From the NCBI GenBank assembly GCA_017654855.1, contig CM030332.1, forward strand, positions 7,192,001 through 7,256,000: 64,000 bases of DNA. The letters are read 5' to 3'. The DNA comes from Podospora anserina. Taxonomy: Eukaryota. A program made the position numbers and the translations under genes. Positions 24,322 through 36,832 of this stretch are shown piece after piece. Position 1 is the first letter of the stretch, and each line of letters begins with the position of its first letter. The notes under the pieces are model-generated. The model was not told the DNA's origin and made no database searches. It saw only the letters and a program-made list of their open reading frames with translations.

Positions 24322-25626
24322 CTAAATGGTATGAACGACAACAGGATGAGTGTTGGGCCCATGATATCCTAGACCTCTTACATCCACCCTTGTCTCCTTT
24401 CCTTCCACCAAATCTGCCATGACGACACCTGTCCCCAGACTCATCGCAATCCCCCAAGGCCCATGCCCGGCCGCAACCCAAACTCCCCCGTCCCCAACAC
24501 TGATCCCGAGGTCCTCCTCTGTGATCTGCGATACAATCGGCGCCCCCCACTCCGTCACAGGCCGGAAACACAACCCCTCCCTCACAACCTCCAAGCCCCC
24601 ATCACCACCCTTTATAATATCCCCCACCGCCTCCCTCAGCAACCCCTTCTGCTCATCCAACGGCCTGGCTTTCCCCTCCTCCGGATCCTGAACCTCCAAA
24701 GTAGAATCATTCAACCCCGCAAAATAAACCTCCCCTCCCCCGCCTAACCTCGAAAACATCTCCGGACAGAAATTCTTTTCATGCGTAGTAAAAACAGCAT
24801 GACACTCTTCCTCCCCCTCTCTTGTATCCCAAATTGGTGTCCGAACGACAATACTATGCCCAGCCAAACTCCCCACCCTCATCCCTACCTTTGCCTGGGG
24901 AAACAGCGTTCTAAACACCTTTGGTGTCCAAACCCCAGCTGTAATCACAACTCTATTCCCCTTCACAACCCTCTCACTCCCATCTTTCAAGTCCCTCACT
25001 TTCACCCCCTTAACCTCCCCTGTAAGATCATCCCTCACCAACCCCGTCGCCTTCGCAGGCTGTAGCACCTTCCCCCCTCTTTTCATCACCTCCCCCAACA
25101 ACCACTGACAGAGTCGTAAAGGATCAACCTGCGCCGTAGTCCCCTCCTCACTGATAACCTCGACTTTATCCCCCTCCTTCTTCTTCAACCAACCCGGTCT
25201 CCTCGCCTCGTCATGTTCCGCCTCCACAGGCGCGGCATTGACCCTTGACGTCCCACTTCTCAACCAGTCATCACCCCGTTTCTGCTGCTTTGATCCGTCA
25301 TGGTGCTGGATATAAGAGATGCAGGTAGAGGGTGTGTACCCCCAATTTTCTCTGCCGTTGTTTTCAGCTGCCAGGCGGGCGTGTTCGTTGAACGAAAGGG
25401 CGCCGAGGGGGGTGAGGGAGGGGGAGAACCAATCTTTTGCGAGGAAGCCACCTGCGAAGCCGGAGGCAGAGGAGAAGAGTTCCGGGGAGGGATCGATGAG
25501 GGTTATGGGGTTGGTGTTGGTTGGTGAGAGGGAGAGGTAGTAGGCTGTGGAGAGGCCTATGATGCCGCAGCCGAGGATGATGATGTTGTCGTTGGGGTCG
25601 GTGGTGGTGGTGGTGATGATGGTCAT
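24322..25626 (-). CDS. FAD-dependent oxidoreductase, DAO family (Tda3-like)
   Basis: IIILGCGIIGLSTAYYL Rossmann motif, ASGFAGGFLA, TAQVDP, CFRP and AAGHGPWGI. Confidence 0.9.
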   Translation of the reverse strand: MTIITTTTTDPNDNIIILGCGIIGLSTAYYLSLSPTNTNPITLIDPSPELFSSASGFAGGFLAKDWFSPSLTPLGALSFNEHARLAAENNGRENWGYTPSTCISYIQHHDGSKQQKRGDDWLRSGTSRVNAAPVEAEHDEARRPGWLKKKEGDKVEVISEEGTTAQVDPLRLCQWLLGEVMKRGGKVLQPAKATGLVRDDLTGEVKGVKVRDLKDGSERVVKGNRVVITAGVWTPKVFRTLFPQAKVGMRVGSLAGHSIVVRTPIWDTREGEEECHAVFTTHEKNFCPEMFSRLGGGGEVYFAGLNDSTLEVQDPEEGKARPLDEQKGLLREAVGDIIKGGDGGLEVVREGLCFRPVTEWGAPIVSQITEEDLGISVGDGGVWVAAGHGPWGIAMSLGTGVVMADLVEGKETRVDVRGLGYHGPNTHPVVVHTI

Positions 25627-26167
25627 GGTGAGGTTGAAGGACTGGTCGTAAGGGTGGGTTGGGTGTTTAAAGTCTGAGAAATAGGTTGAAGTTAGAAGAT
25701 GAAGTAAGTCAGTATCAGGGCTGGGGATTGAAAGAGGTGATGGAGTGGTCTATATTTACGTGGAAACAATCGTATCTATGAAGATGTTAGATGAACGACA
25801 AGCGTCACCCCCTCCAGATATCCCAACCAGCTCTCCACCAAGTAGCATGAATTCCATGCTTCTGAATGGACAATTCAGCAGACTACCAATCTTCAATCAT
25901 GCCCGAGCCGAATTCCCCATTCTGCGCCCTTGATTCGACATCTCTTCTTCCCCAAAAGGCAGTTAAATAGCAGAAGTCGATACCCCGCGCTCCACCCACA
26001 ACGTCAACCTCAAAGAGGGGCAATCAAGTTCGAGCGAGGGGTGTTACCGAATCCCGAAAATCTGGATTAACGCTCTTCCCGAACAGCTACGCAGTCTACG
26101 TCAACTAATCACCGCAGGACACTCACTATCCAACTCTCCAAACCATACCACACCACCAGCAAACAAA

Positions 26168-27042
26168 ATGCCAGAACCTCAAGTAATTATCATCACCGGC
26201 GCCAGCCGTGGCATCGGCCACGCCATAGCCACCCACCTCCTCAAAGCAGGCCACAAGGTCGTCCTCACAGCTCGCTCCCCTGAAAAGCTGGAGGAGCTTC
26301 AGAAAGAATACCCATCACAAGTCCAGTATCTAGCGGCTGATATGACCTTGCCTGATGTGCGTATCATACCTCAAAACACACACAACTCACACATCACAAC
26401 TAACCCCCCAAAGACACCCTACAAACTCAAAGAACTCGCCCTCCTCCACTTCCATCACATCAACGCCGTCATCATCAACCACGGCGCCCTCTCGCCAATG
26501 ACCCGCGTCGCCAACTCCTCCATTGACGACTGGAAAGCCCTCTTCGACGCCAACTTTTTTAGCGCCCTCGCCCTAGCCAAGGAAACCATCCCCTACCTGA
26601 GAGAAACCAAAGGCCGTCTCATCTTCACCTCATCGGGCGCCGCAACAGGAGCTTACACCGCCTGGGGCGCCTACGGAACCTCCAAAGCAGCGCTGAACCA
26701 CCTTTCCAAGCACATTGCCGTTGAGGAACCAGACATCACTTCGGTAGCCGTCAGCCCTGGGAGAGTAGACACTGACATGCAAAAGGAACTTCGAGAAAAG
26801 GGCAAGGCGGAGATGGCACCAAAAGATCACGAAGCGTTCAGCAAAGAGTTTGAAGCAGGGACATTGGTGAGACCAGAGCAGTCTGGTGGTGTTATTGCTA
26901 ATCTTGCTGTGTCTGCGAAGCCAGAACTGGCCGGACAGTATTTCAAGTACGTGCCTACCTGAGTCCTCACACGATAAGAGGTTGAGATACTAACTGTTGC
27001 AGGTGGAATGCGCCAGAATTGGCCGAGTACCAATTGAGTTGA
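26168..27042 (+). CDS. Short-chain dehydrogenase/reductase (classical SDR); introns 26357-26413 and about 26947-27002
   Basis: TGASRGIG, SSGAA, YGTSK catalytic motif and PGRVDTDMQ; the last exon encodes WNAPELAEYQLS-TGA. Confidence 0.92.
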
Positions 27043-28344
27043 ACAAGCTGAGATGGTTCTATTTGCCGGTCAGAAATGTCCATAACCAACGAGTGAAAGC
27101 ATATTCAAGATGATACAGGCGGCAAATCAGTCGAAAGATGAAAAGTCTGATTGGTTTCCACATTGTATATTCGGTTTTTTAAGCACGAAAAGTTTGTTCA
27201 TCACATTGCCGTGTGCTGTTGGGACATAGAATAGAAAATAGAAGGCTACCTACAAGCTAGACAACTCCAAAACCAGACCACGGCCATCACCGTCTGGATC
27301 TAGGGACCGATATTAGTCCTCTGTCCCTCTTGCAGAAGAACAAGCTGCCATGAAGCCATCGACCGCGAAAACGAGATCAGGTGAAATGTATCCGTCATGT
27401 AGAGTCGGAATTGGAATGATAAAGTACGATAATAAACATCATGGTGTTCGTATGTCGCAGTCGAAGCGGCTCGTAGCTGGCATCTAAATTACTTTTTAAG
27501 CTGTTAGCTTTGGATTCTGAGAAGAGTCTGCAGAAAATCGGGGTGGAGGACGAGGAAAAGATCAGTAGTGTCGTTTGGCTTGACTGTGTCTATCACCATA
27601 ATTGTGTATGATTGGGGCGACACGAGTATATCATCATATGAAGGTCGTCGGGGTGCTGAGCAAAGCGGAGGGTTGTATGCTTACCTTACTGGAATGGTCG
27701 GGGGGGGGGTGATCAGGCCCCCCAAGAAGGCAACATTGCGTGTTTCTACAATGTCGCCGATCAGTGTTGCAAAGGCAGAGCGCGCATTGGAGTGCTGTTT
27801 GTTGATGAGGAAGAAGGGAAAATTCAAATTCGCGACGAGAAGTCGCCTTTTTGTTTTCGGTGTCGGAACAACTGCGAAGGAGGGAGTTTAGAGGAACCTT
27901 GAAATTTTCAAGCCGGAGCCAAATGAGGCTGGGGTGGGGAGCTTCGCTGTTGCTTTGTGGCGCTCACGCGGCATGGCGGGGTGGGTGGGTCTCACAAGCC
28001 ACAAATGCGTTGTGGGACAAGCTGAGCGCGCGACGTGGTTGGCATTGGCAGCCTTCAAAGAACCACTTTGGAAGGACGGGAGGCTAGGTATTTGAGTATA
28101 AAGGGCTGCTCACCAACCTTCAAGCTTTGAGAGCCCTCGGCTCTCCGGTTCATAATATGTGTCGAGGTCTATCAAAGCAAACCCAGTTCCAACACGCGAG
28201 GAAACCACTCTGAAGATTGAATAGCGGCATCGCATCACTTTGTTCGATAACCGTCACCGGAAAAAGTGTATCGTTATCAACTATACCTTGCTTCATCCAT
28301 CACCTGAGGGCGAGACCCCCTTCTTATACCTTACATATACCACC

Positions 28345-29346
28345 ATGTCGGACCACGAGTTAGGAGGTAAGCCGCCGTGTTTTTAATTCTGCAGTGGAGG
28401 AAACTACACTGCGAGTTTGTCGGGTGGCGTTTTGGTTCCGTTGATGCGACCGGGAGTTTTGGTGGGCGCATCCTACTATTAAACACAGTGGAGGCCCTTT
28501 CCTAAAGTCATCTGAAGTCATGTACACACCTCTTATACAGCCTCAGGCCTCACCCGGCATACGAATAGGGACTGTCGACCCACTGGCTTTATTTACGGGG
28601 ATAACAGAGGACAATACCTTCCCTTCATATATCGTTGATTTGTTTGCTCCTGTTGCCTTTCCACCCCACAACAAACATCTTCACCGCACCTCTCAAGACA
28701 AGCAAAAATGCCTTCAGAGCACATCCCCCGTCAAGACCGTTACTGGTCAGCTTTTGACAATGATGAGCTGGGTATATCTGGTTGACTTGGACTTTTGTGC
28801 TGAGACGACAGTTTGCTAACATCGTGTCTGATAGGAAATGACGACCTGTCCCTCCCCAAAGGTATGTATCTCATTCTTATCAACCAAAGAAGCGTGTGGA
28901 TTACTGACTATTCGGCGCAGCCACCGTTCAAAAGATTGTTGGGGAGATTCTGCCATCGTCAACAGGCATCGCCTTCGCCAAGGAGGCTCGCGACCTCCTT
29001 ATAGAGTGCTGTGTCGAGTTCATCACTCTCATCTCTAGCGAGGCAAACGAGATTTCTGAGAAGGAAGCCAAAAAGACTATCGCTTGTGACCACATCACCA
29101 AGGCATTGGAGCAACTCGGCTTTGCCGACTACGTCCCTGCCGTTTTGGAAGCCGCTGCAGAGCACAAGGAAGTCCAAAAGGTGAGAGACCTTGGGATTTC
29201 CTTTGTTATGAAGACATGCTGACGCCCAATGATAGGGACGTGAGAAGAAGGCAAACAAGTTTGAGCAGAGCGGCATGACATTGGAGGAACTCGAACGTCT
29301 CCAGCAAGAGCAGTTTGCCGATGCTGCCAAGAGACACATAGGATGA
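28345..29346 (+). CDS. NCB2: Negative cofactor 2 beta subunit (DR1/Ncb2, histone fold); exons 28345-28366, 28835-28861, 28921-29180, 29236-29346
   Basis: The spliced product MSDHELGGNDDLSLPKATVQKIVGEILP...ECCVEFITLISSEANEISEKEAKKTIACDHITKALEQLGF...LEELERLQQEQF is a canonical NC2-beta. The ORF track misses it because the exons are short. Confidence 0.95.
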
Positions 29347-29702
29347 TGAACTCCCAGGCATCGCCAATCTGTTGGAGGACGAGTAGACTGGGTGCACTTT
29401 GAAAGTGGTGGATTGCATTTATAGGCGTTCGTCCCTGGGAATTTTGGGAAGGTGTTAGTAAAGCCTTTTCTTGTCGTCTTGAGTTCTACAAACATATGAT
29501 ATACCCAGGTTCAGTCTCTGACATCTTTGTTGAACCACTTCAATGAACGGAGGGAAACCAAGAATAGTGCACTCTATTGAAGACCGCTCTGGATCCCGAA
29601 TCACCGCCATCTAGCCAGATATTTACAATGATGCCCTCTTTTATGCATCATTCACTGCCTGTGCAATACCTCCCCCTCTCTCCCACGAGCTGAAAAAAGT
29701 GT

Positions 29703-30355
29703 TTAATAGCCATCCTTGCCCCACTTGTTGTATCTGTCGTGAAGCTCCTGTCCATTACATCAGTATTTGCCTCAAGCATACTACATAACAGTCCATACCT
29801 TGGGCAGAGTGACGTTGGGGACAACGACGACGTTGACAGCGCTAGGGGCATCCTTGGGGGCAGCGCTGGCATCACCACCGGGGTGATACTGGTACTTGCC
29901 GTGGGTCGAACCGCTTTCCCAGGGCATGCTCTTGTCGGCGATAGGGACGGTGTTCTCGGAGGTGGACTTGGTAGGGGAGCGGCCGAAGTAGTAGCCAGCA
30001 CCACCAAGAGCGCAGACCATGATACCGCCGAGGATCTATCATGATAATCATATCAGCTTTCACATGGTCCTTCAATACCCCTCCCAGCTATAGTCAAACC
30101 ACCGCCGCCGTTCCGTGCGCCCCATGCCATGTTTCCAACCTAATTTTCGAATTCTCAAGCTGTGTCGAACTGCCCTCGCGGGCTACCAATTCAACACCCG
30201 GGGCGACGGCATCGGCAATGGCGGCGGTTGGACCTCGGAATTTGACGCACCAGAATCTCGGGGTTCTTCTTGGACTCGCTCTTGAGAGCCTCCTCGCCGG
30301 TGGTGAGGCGGCGGACGGTCGTGCTGAAAGCTCTGCGGGCGATGAGGGAAGCCAT
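29703..30355 (-). CDS. Small single-pass mitochondrial membrane protein, possibly NDUFA4/COXFA4(MLRQ)-like; 3 exons
   Basis: Presequence-like MASLIARRAFSTTVRRL, transmembrane segment KKNPEILILGGIMVCALGGAGYYFGR, C-terminus ELHDRYNKWGKDGY-TAA, two GT-AG introns. The family assignment is tentative. Confidence 0.8.
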
Positions 30356-31770
30356 CTCTGCGGTGTTGTCTGTCAAAGGCGGTTGCTGATGCAATGGAGC
30401 TTCGGAACTGGAATCGTGATGCTAGCTCTGGCCGTCTGGCCCTCATACGATTTCGTCAGGGCCGAAGCTTGAAGGCTTGGCGCCCGTTTCTTACGTAAGG
30501 CATCCGAAACTGTATGAGCTGTGCCGTCATTGGTTGTCATCGTCATCAAGCTTGGGGAAGCTTTCTGACCAATCATGTCTTTTTTTTGGGTGGAGCGGGG
30601 GCGGACAACTGCCACGGAACTGGCCGTCAGCTGCTGACTCCACGCCTCCCTTTTCGAACTGCAGCATCAGATCACAGGACAAGCTGCAATGCACAGGGAC
30701 ACAGGCACGGGTGGCAGCTTGGGTCGCATCAGTTGTCTCTCTCGAACAGCACACATCACTCAGGTCACACATAGTCCGGGCATCCTTTGGACAGATGTCG
30801 AAGCCCTGAGCGCAAGTGATGCCCAAAGCGCAATTCCGAGTCGCTGTTTGCTATTCTTCTCGAGAGTTGTGTTTGCCGCATCTTTATGCCACGAGCTTTG
30901 CCTTTTCTTGAGAGCATGATAGCAGTGATATCACAGTGAGCACGGCTCTGGATTCAGGGGTAACCTGACGCAGCGCAATTAACCCAAGAGATCGGAGGCC
31001 AATGCAAGTCCCCCACTGGACATGCTGATGCTGGGCCACTCGCCTGGGCAACAAAAACTGGAAATAGTAGGAGAACGGGGATGGCACGGCCCTGGCCGCA
31101 GCCAGTGAGATCCCTCAACTCGTTGGTTGCCAAAAAGAAAAGAGGTCCATCCGATTCACACTCCGGGCAACGAACAAGAGACTCCGACTCTTGCTTGGTC
31201 TCACGGCAAAGTCCCCAGGGCGGCCATTCGCACACTATTGCTTTTTCTCGACACTCTTTTTCCCCTCCTTCTTGATATCTGTCCAACTCTTTGTCTCTCT
31301 TGATAATCAACCATACTCGCGCTCTCTACCACCCATATTCGAATCTCAGCTGCACCGTTTCGCAAACACGAAAATCCACAGAAAGTGATCGCACCCAGAC
31401 GGCAGACACAACTGCAGTGTGGAGCATTACCCGTCCCGAAGCCACCGCCATCCAGCACTGCATTCCAGCCGTGTGTAACGCGCCCGGACCCTCGAAGTCT
31501 AAGTGACGGTGCAACGGATATTCGTATCATCACACCGAGTCGTCCTTTCCTCTTCGTCGCACTTTGAGGCCCGTTTTTCGAGTCCATTGCCTGGTGTCCG
31601 GCCGACCTCTCCAACCACATATCCCGCCGACCAGCGATGTTATAGCGCGGTACGAACAACACTTGAAACTTGAGCCGCCAAACGAACTGCTTCGATCCAA
31701 AATTGCATCCAATCGAGTACCGAGAACCGAGCCCTGAGCCGAGCGAAAGTGAAAACGGCAAGACGAAACC

Positions 31771-33886
31771 ATGGCATCCGGGGAGGGAGCGCCGAGGGCT
31801 CTCTCTCCTACCAGCACCATTAACGATGACAGCTTTCCCCAGTTTCCGGGTCGATCTGAGATGGCTGGTCCCCCGAGTATAATTTCCTCGCGCATGACCG
31901 ATATCATGACGGATGACGGCGGAGACACGGAAGCGCACCGCGCGGCAGGCGGCAAGAGGAGGAGCGCTTTCTATTCGGACCTCAGTTCTCGTCCAGGAAC
32001 GGCGAGGACAGGAGCATCTGGGAGACCTCCGTGGAGCTCAGGGACGCCTTTACGTCAGGGGCTGGCGGGAAAGCGTGGGAGCGGGACTGGAAGCATCAGC
32101 AGCGCGACACAGGCAGTTCGACCACCCAGTTCAGCAACCAGAAGCCATGTTCCGTCGTTGACATCGCATGCCTTCTTTCGCCCGATGAGTTCGCAGAAAT
32201 TACAGGCGCAAAGAGGATTCGCGAGACCGACGACGGTGAACCGGCAATTTATGTCCCAAGAGGACCCCCACAACCCGGCGCGCGACAGCCTGAACTCGGC
32301 TCCAGGCGCCAAGGTAGTGAGACAGTCCGCTGATGAAGGGGACATGCGGTCACCACCCTCAAGAGGAACGGAGTTTACCGAGCAGGATATGTACGAGAGG
32401 AGGACGGCCAACACGAGTCCGACAGGCCACCATGCGACTTCGAGCTTTTCGGATAGCGTCCGGCCGTTGCAGAGGAAGCCTGGTGATGCTAGAAACCTTA
32501 CCCTCGACATGAGCAAAACCTACAACAAAGCTGGCGTATCTATCCCGACTCCTGTGCGAACACCTCGATCTCTGCGGTCCAACTTTCTTATGCCGAGAAA
32601 CGATTCTGGCCACAGCAACCGAGAAATGCAGGGCGGCGAGAAGCTGGACTCGGTAGCTTCGTCACCCCAACTCCCACCCGCGAGCAGGGACGACAAGCAC
32701 CCGTCGGAGGAGAAGACCAAGAAGGTGGGCCGCAACTATCAGTATTTCCAGGGCAACACAATCTTCTTTTTTGGAGGCAGGTTACAAAACGCGAGAGATA
32801 GACCGGTCAACATTGCGACAGGGTCTTTGGTAGTCATTCCTGGCATCTTGTTTCTGATATTCTCGGCACCTTGGATTTGGAACAATATTTCCCCAGCGAT
32901 ACCCATCACCTTCGCCTATCTTTACTACCTCTGCGTGTCTTCTTTTTGCCATGCATCGGCCACGGATCCCGGGGTAGGCCTATTTTTTGTATGATGTGAG
33001 CGAGCATGGACTAACAGTGATCCAGATTATCCCACGCAACCTACATCGATTCCCACCTTCAGAAAACAATGACCCCTGGAGGCCAAGTCCGCCGTCGACC
33101 GAATGGGTGCTCATCAAGTCTGCCGAGAAGACAGCCGCTGCCATGGAGGTGCCCTGCAAATACTGCAAGACATGCCAGATGTGGCGTCCACCACGAGCCC
33201 ACCATTGCCGTCTCTGCGACAACTGCGTCGAGACCCAGGACCACCACTGTCTGTGGCTCAACAACTGTGTTGGCCGGCGCAACTACCGCTACTTCTTCAC
33301 CTTCATCCTTACCGCCACCTTGCTGGGCGTGTACCTGTCTGGTGCATCGCTTGCACAGATTCTGGTGTACCAGCACAAGCAGAAAATCAGCTTCAATGCG
33401 TCAATTTCTCACTTCCGCGTGCCCTTCGCCATGGTCATCTACGGGTTCATTGCCTTCCTGTACCCAGCCGCTTTGACGGGGTACCATGTGTTCCTAATGG
33501 CTAGGGGTGAGACGACCCGTGAGTACCTCAACTCTTCCAAGTTCATCAAGGCGGAACGCTTCAGAGCCTACACCCAAGGAAGCTGGTTCAGGAACTGGTT
33601 TGTGGTGCTCTGCAGACCGAGGCCGCCAACGTACTATCAGTTCAAGCAATCGTGGTACGAGGGTGATCAGAGGCTCGCACCGACGAAGAGGATAAAGAAA
33701 GCTCGCAAGGCTGTTCCCGCTAACCCAGGGGCCGGCGTCGATTCGAAAGAGGGAATGGAGATGCAAGATGTCAAGAACTCACCACATCTTCAACAACAAC
33801 AACAGCAAGGCTTTCAAGGGCCGAGACAACTGAGGTCTCAACACGACCTCGAGAGCGGACTCGCACAGCAACCACCAACAAACTAA
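31771..33886 (+). CDS. ERF2: DHHC palmitoyltransferase Erf2; intron 32974-33025
   Basis: RNYQYFQGNTIFFFGGR, DPG|IIPRN, KYCKTCQMWRPPRAHHCRLCDNCVETQDHHCLWLNNCVGRRNYRYF and GETTRE. Confidence 0.92.
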
Positions 33887-34848
33887 ACACCAAACACCAC
33901 ACACCACACCATCGACTCGGATGGTACCATTGTGCTACTACTGTACACACAATCTTTTTGACTATTTCCGTTTTTACGCCTCATTACCAGACTTATTCCC
34001 CGACTGTACTTGTCTTGTTCGTTTCTTCATTGACATGTTTTACACACCTTTTTTTTGACGCTTATGTCCCACGCTGTTACTGCAAAGTTCTTACGAGTTT
34101 TTCCTTTTTTATCCCCAACGAGATGTTCATTCATACATACAAAGCGGCGACGTTTCACACATTTTTCTTGTAAGATTTGGTGGGGCTGGGTGTTTTTTCT
34201 TTACGGACTTTTGATGACCCATCATTCAAGAGTTGGGAGACATTGTACAGTTGGTTGTACATATACACCACACGCACACGCACACGCACCACGCAGCACA
34301 AAGTCTTTGTTTTTTCCCCCTTACATAATGTATTTTCTTGATCTTTTTGAGAGGAGGATTGGGTTGTTTGGATTTGTTGTTTTTGGGGGGGAAGGGGGTT
34401 AGTTAGACTGTTGGAGAGGAAGGGGGAAAAAGCATGTTTTTGCTTGTGCTTGCGGGTTTGGAAGGGGTGGAATGGGGGAAGGGGGAGGGAGTATGGGGAG
34501 ATATCATTTATACCCATTGACTTGATGTCAGTTCGGAGTAAAGAGACAGGTTGACCTGTATGTTTAACTTTTATGTGTTGGCCGCTTGATGTGACTAAAC
34601 CTACAGGTGCTGCCCTCTTGTTCCAATTGCACTACATTACTTTACCTAGCTTTTATTTTGCAGCAGTGAAAGTAGGGGTTTGAGCGTCATTGTCAACCTC
34701 GAATGTTCAACCTCCCAACCCACCACACGTGACCCACTTCTTTTTGACCCTCAACTCTTCAACCTTCTTTCACACCTCGAACTCACATCAGCACTCCTCT
34801 CAAATTTTTCACTTTCACTCTCCCTTCTTCCTTTTTTTCGGAATCAAA

Positions 34849-35873
34849 ATGTCAAAACCACCCAAACCCCTCCCTCCCCCCTCCCAAAGTTTCACCAACC
34901 GCAAAACCAAAATCTTGTCTGCGCTCTCCGTCCCAGACGCAGAATACACCGACCTCTCGCCCAAAGGATCCGTCGATGTCGGAATCCGCGACCTCATCGA
35001 CGAAATCAACGCCCGGGAAGGGCTCGTGACAACAAGCAGTTGTGCGGGCAGAGTCAGCGTTTACCTCGAAGGCCGCTCTACTGGTACCTCTCCACAAGAT
35101 GAGCGGGAGGAAGCAGCAACAGCGGGAGGGGTGAGGAGTTCGAGTGCTGGGGGGAAGGGAGGCGGGGAGTGGCTGTTTGTCAGCCATGATCCCATCTCTT
35201 CGTTGCCGCCTGGACAGCTGGAGCGGGGGTATGAATCGTTGTTTGGGTTGGTGTCGTTGCAGGGTCAGGAAGGGGGAGAGGGTGACGAGAAGGGGAGAAT
35301 GGTGCACTTCAAGTTTGAGCCCATGGTAATCTCACCCCCAAATTTTTTTTTCATGATGAAAGGGACTAACAAGATTAGATTTTACATGTATTAACGGCAT
35401 CACACTCCCACGCCCAAAAGGTCATCCAGGCGGGCATGGAGGCTGGCTTTCGAGAGACGGGCGCCGTGAGCTTACTTTCACGACAGGACGACGACCACAA
35501 CCCTGTTGTTGCTGTCAGGTCGATGGGGTTGAGTTTTGAGAGCTTGATCGGGGTGGAAGGTACGGATGGGGTGAGGAGGGCGGTGGTTGGGAGGGGGTAC
35601 TTGGACCGGGTGGTGAGAAATAGTGAGAAGTTGTTCAAGGAGAATGAGAGGCGGATTGGGAGGTTTAGGGAGGCACTGAAGGGGTGGTTTGAGGAGGGAC
35701 CTAAAAAGAAGGATGGATGGGAGGATGCAGACGCAAGGAGGGAGAGGAAGCGGTCGGAGGGGCTGAGGAGAAAACAGGAACTTGAGAAGGGGAAGCAGGA
35801 GACGACTGAAAAGGAGCAGCAAAGTGAGGAGGGTGGTATAGGAATCATACTTGAGCCTCCTGAGGTTCTGTAA
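34849..35873 (+). CDS. TYW3: tRNA wybutosine-synthesizing methyltransferase Tyw3; intron 35326-35378
   Basis: DLSPKGSVD, VTTSSCAGRVSV, WLFVSH, FKFEPM|ILHV, AGFRETG and VAVRS. Confidence 0.93.
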
Positions 35874-36179
35874 AATAAACAAGCTAAAGTTGAAACATTT
35901 CATCAATTTTGGGGTTGGTGAAATGCAATTTGAACGCCTGCTTGCCTTGCTTTCCAGTCCATTGTCTATAGCTGCTCACTTTTAAGCCTCGACTGAGTGA
36001 TGTCTCCCACCAGCCCTCGGCACCCTTCCATATGATACAAGTTTGACACCCCTTGGTCAGTGCTCTCAAAGCCAACTCTGGGTGGTTCGTCATCTTCACC
36101 TCGTTTTTAATCCCTCTATGAACACCGCTCTCGGCCCCTTGCCTTCGTTTCCCTCCGACCACCAACTTCGTTACCACCC

Positions 36180-36832
36180 CTAACTAACAACCTTCTCAAC
36201 CCACCCCTTCTCCACCCTCCTCACCTCCTCCTTAAAAGCCTCCACCTCCCTCCAGCAGTCCAACGGCCGCCTGTCATTCTCCCTCAAGCACCTCACCACC
36301 CCAGACCGAGCATTCTCCAGGCTCTCCGGCAGCTGGGACCGGATCCTCTTGCGCTCCTCAAGCTTCTTCTGGAGAGCTTGCACTTCTTTGGAGACAGTAT
36401 ACGAAGTCTTGGAGTTGTCGTCGGCGGTCTTGTCGTCAGTCGACTCGGCAAGCTTGGCCTGGGCGGCGCGGAGGGCTTCAGATTCTTGGTCGCGGAGACG
36501 CTTGAGCTCGGCGGCGACGCGGGCTTGGATCTCGAGCTCGATGGCCTGGAGGCGGGAGGCGTCGGTCTGTGGGGAAGAGAATTAGCTTCGAGGGAGCAAG
36601 GAGATATGGTGGGGTGGTGGTGGTGGTGGTGGTGGTGGCTTACCTCGGGGGAGGAATGGAGGTGCTGGACGAGCTCGGTGGAGAGGCCTGCTGAGCCGGG
36701 GCTGTTTGTAGAAAATAACGTCAGTTAACCGGACTACTGCTGAGAGCTTCGTGAGCTGGGAAAGTAAATAGAGACATACGCCTTCCAGGTCTGGGGAGCG
36801 GTAGCCGCTGGCTTGGACGAGCTCGAGCCCAT
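36180..36832 (-). CDS. MIC19: MICOS subunit Mic19; 3 exons
   Basis: N-myristoylation-type start MGSSSSK, ETDASR, a coiled coil, and the CX10C motif CLRENDRRPLDCWREVEAFK. Confidence 0.88.

Noticed and set aside
28760..28831. Box C (ATGATGA) and CTGA motifs suggesting an intronic C/D snoRNA; TATCTGGTTGA resembles the 18S 5' end
   Set aside because: It overlaps the branch point and acceptor and has no terminal stem. The rRNA match is sense rather than antisense, and the alternative-exon reading explains the sequence better.
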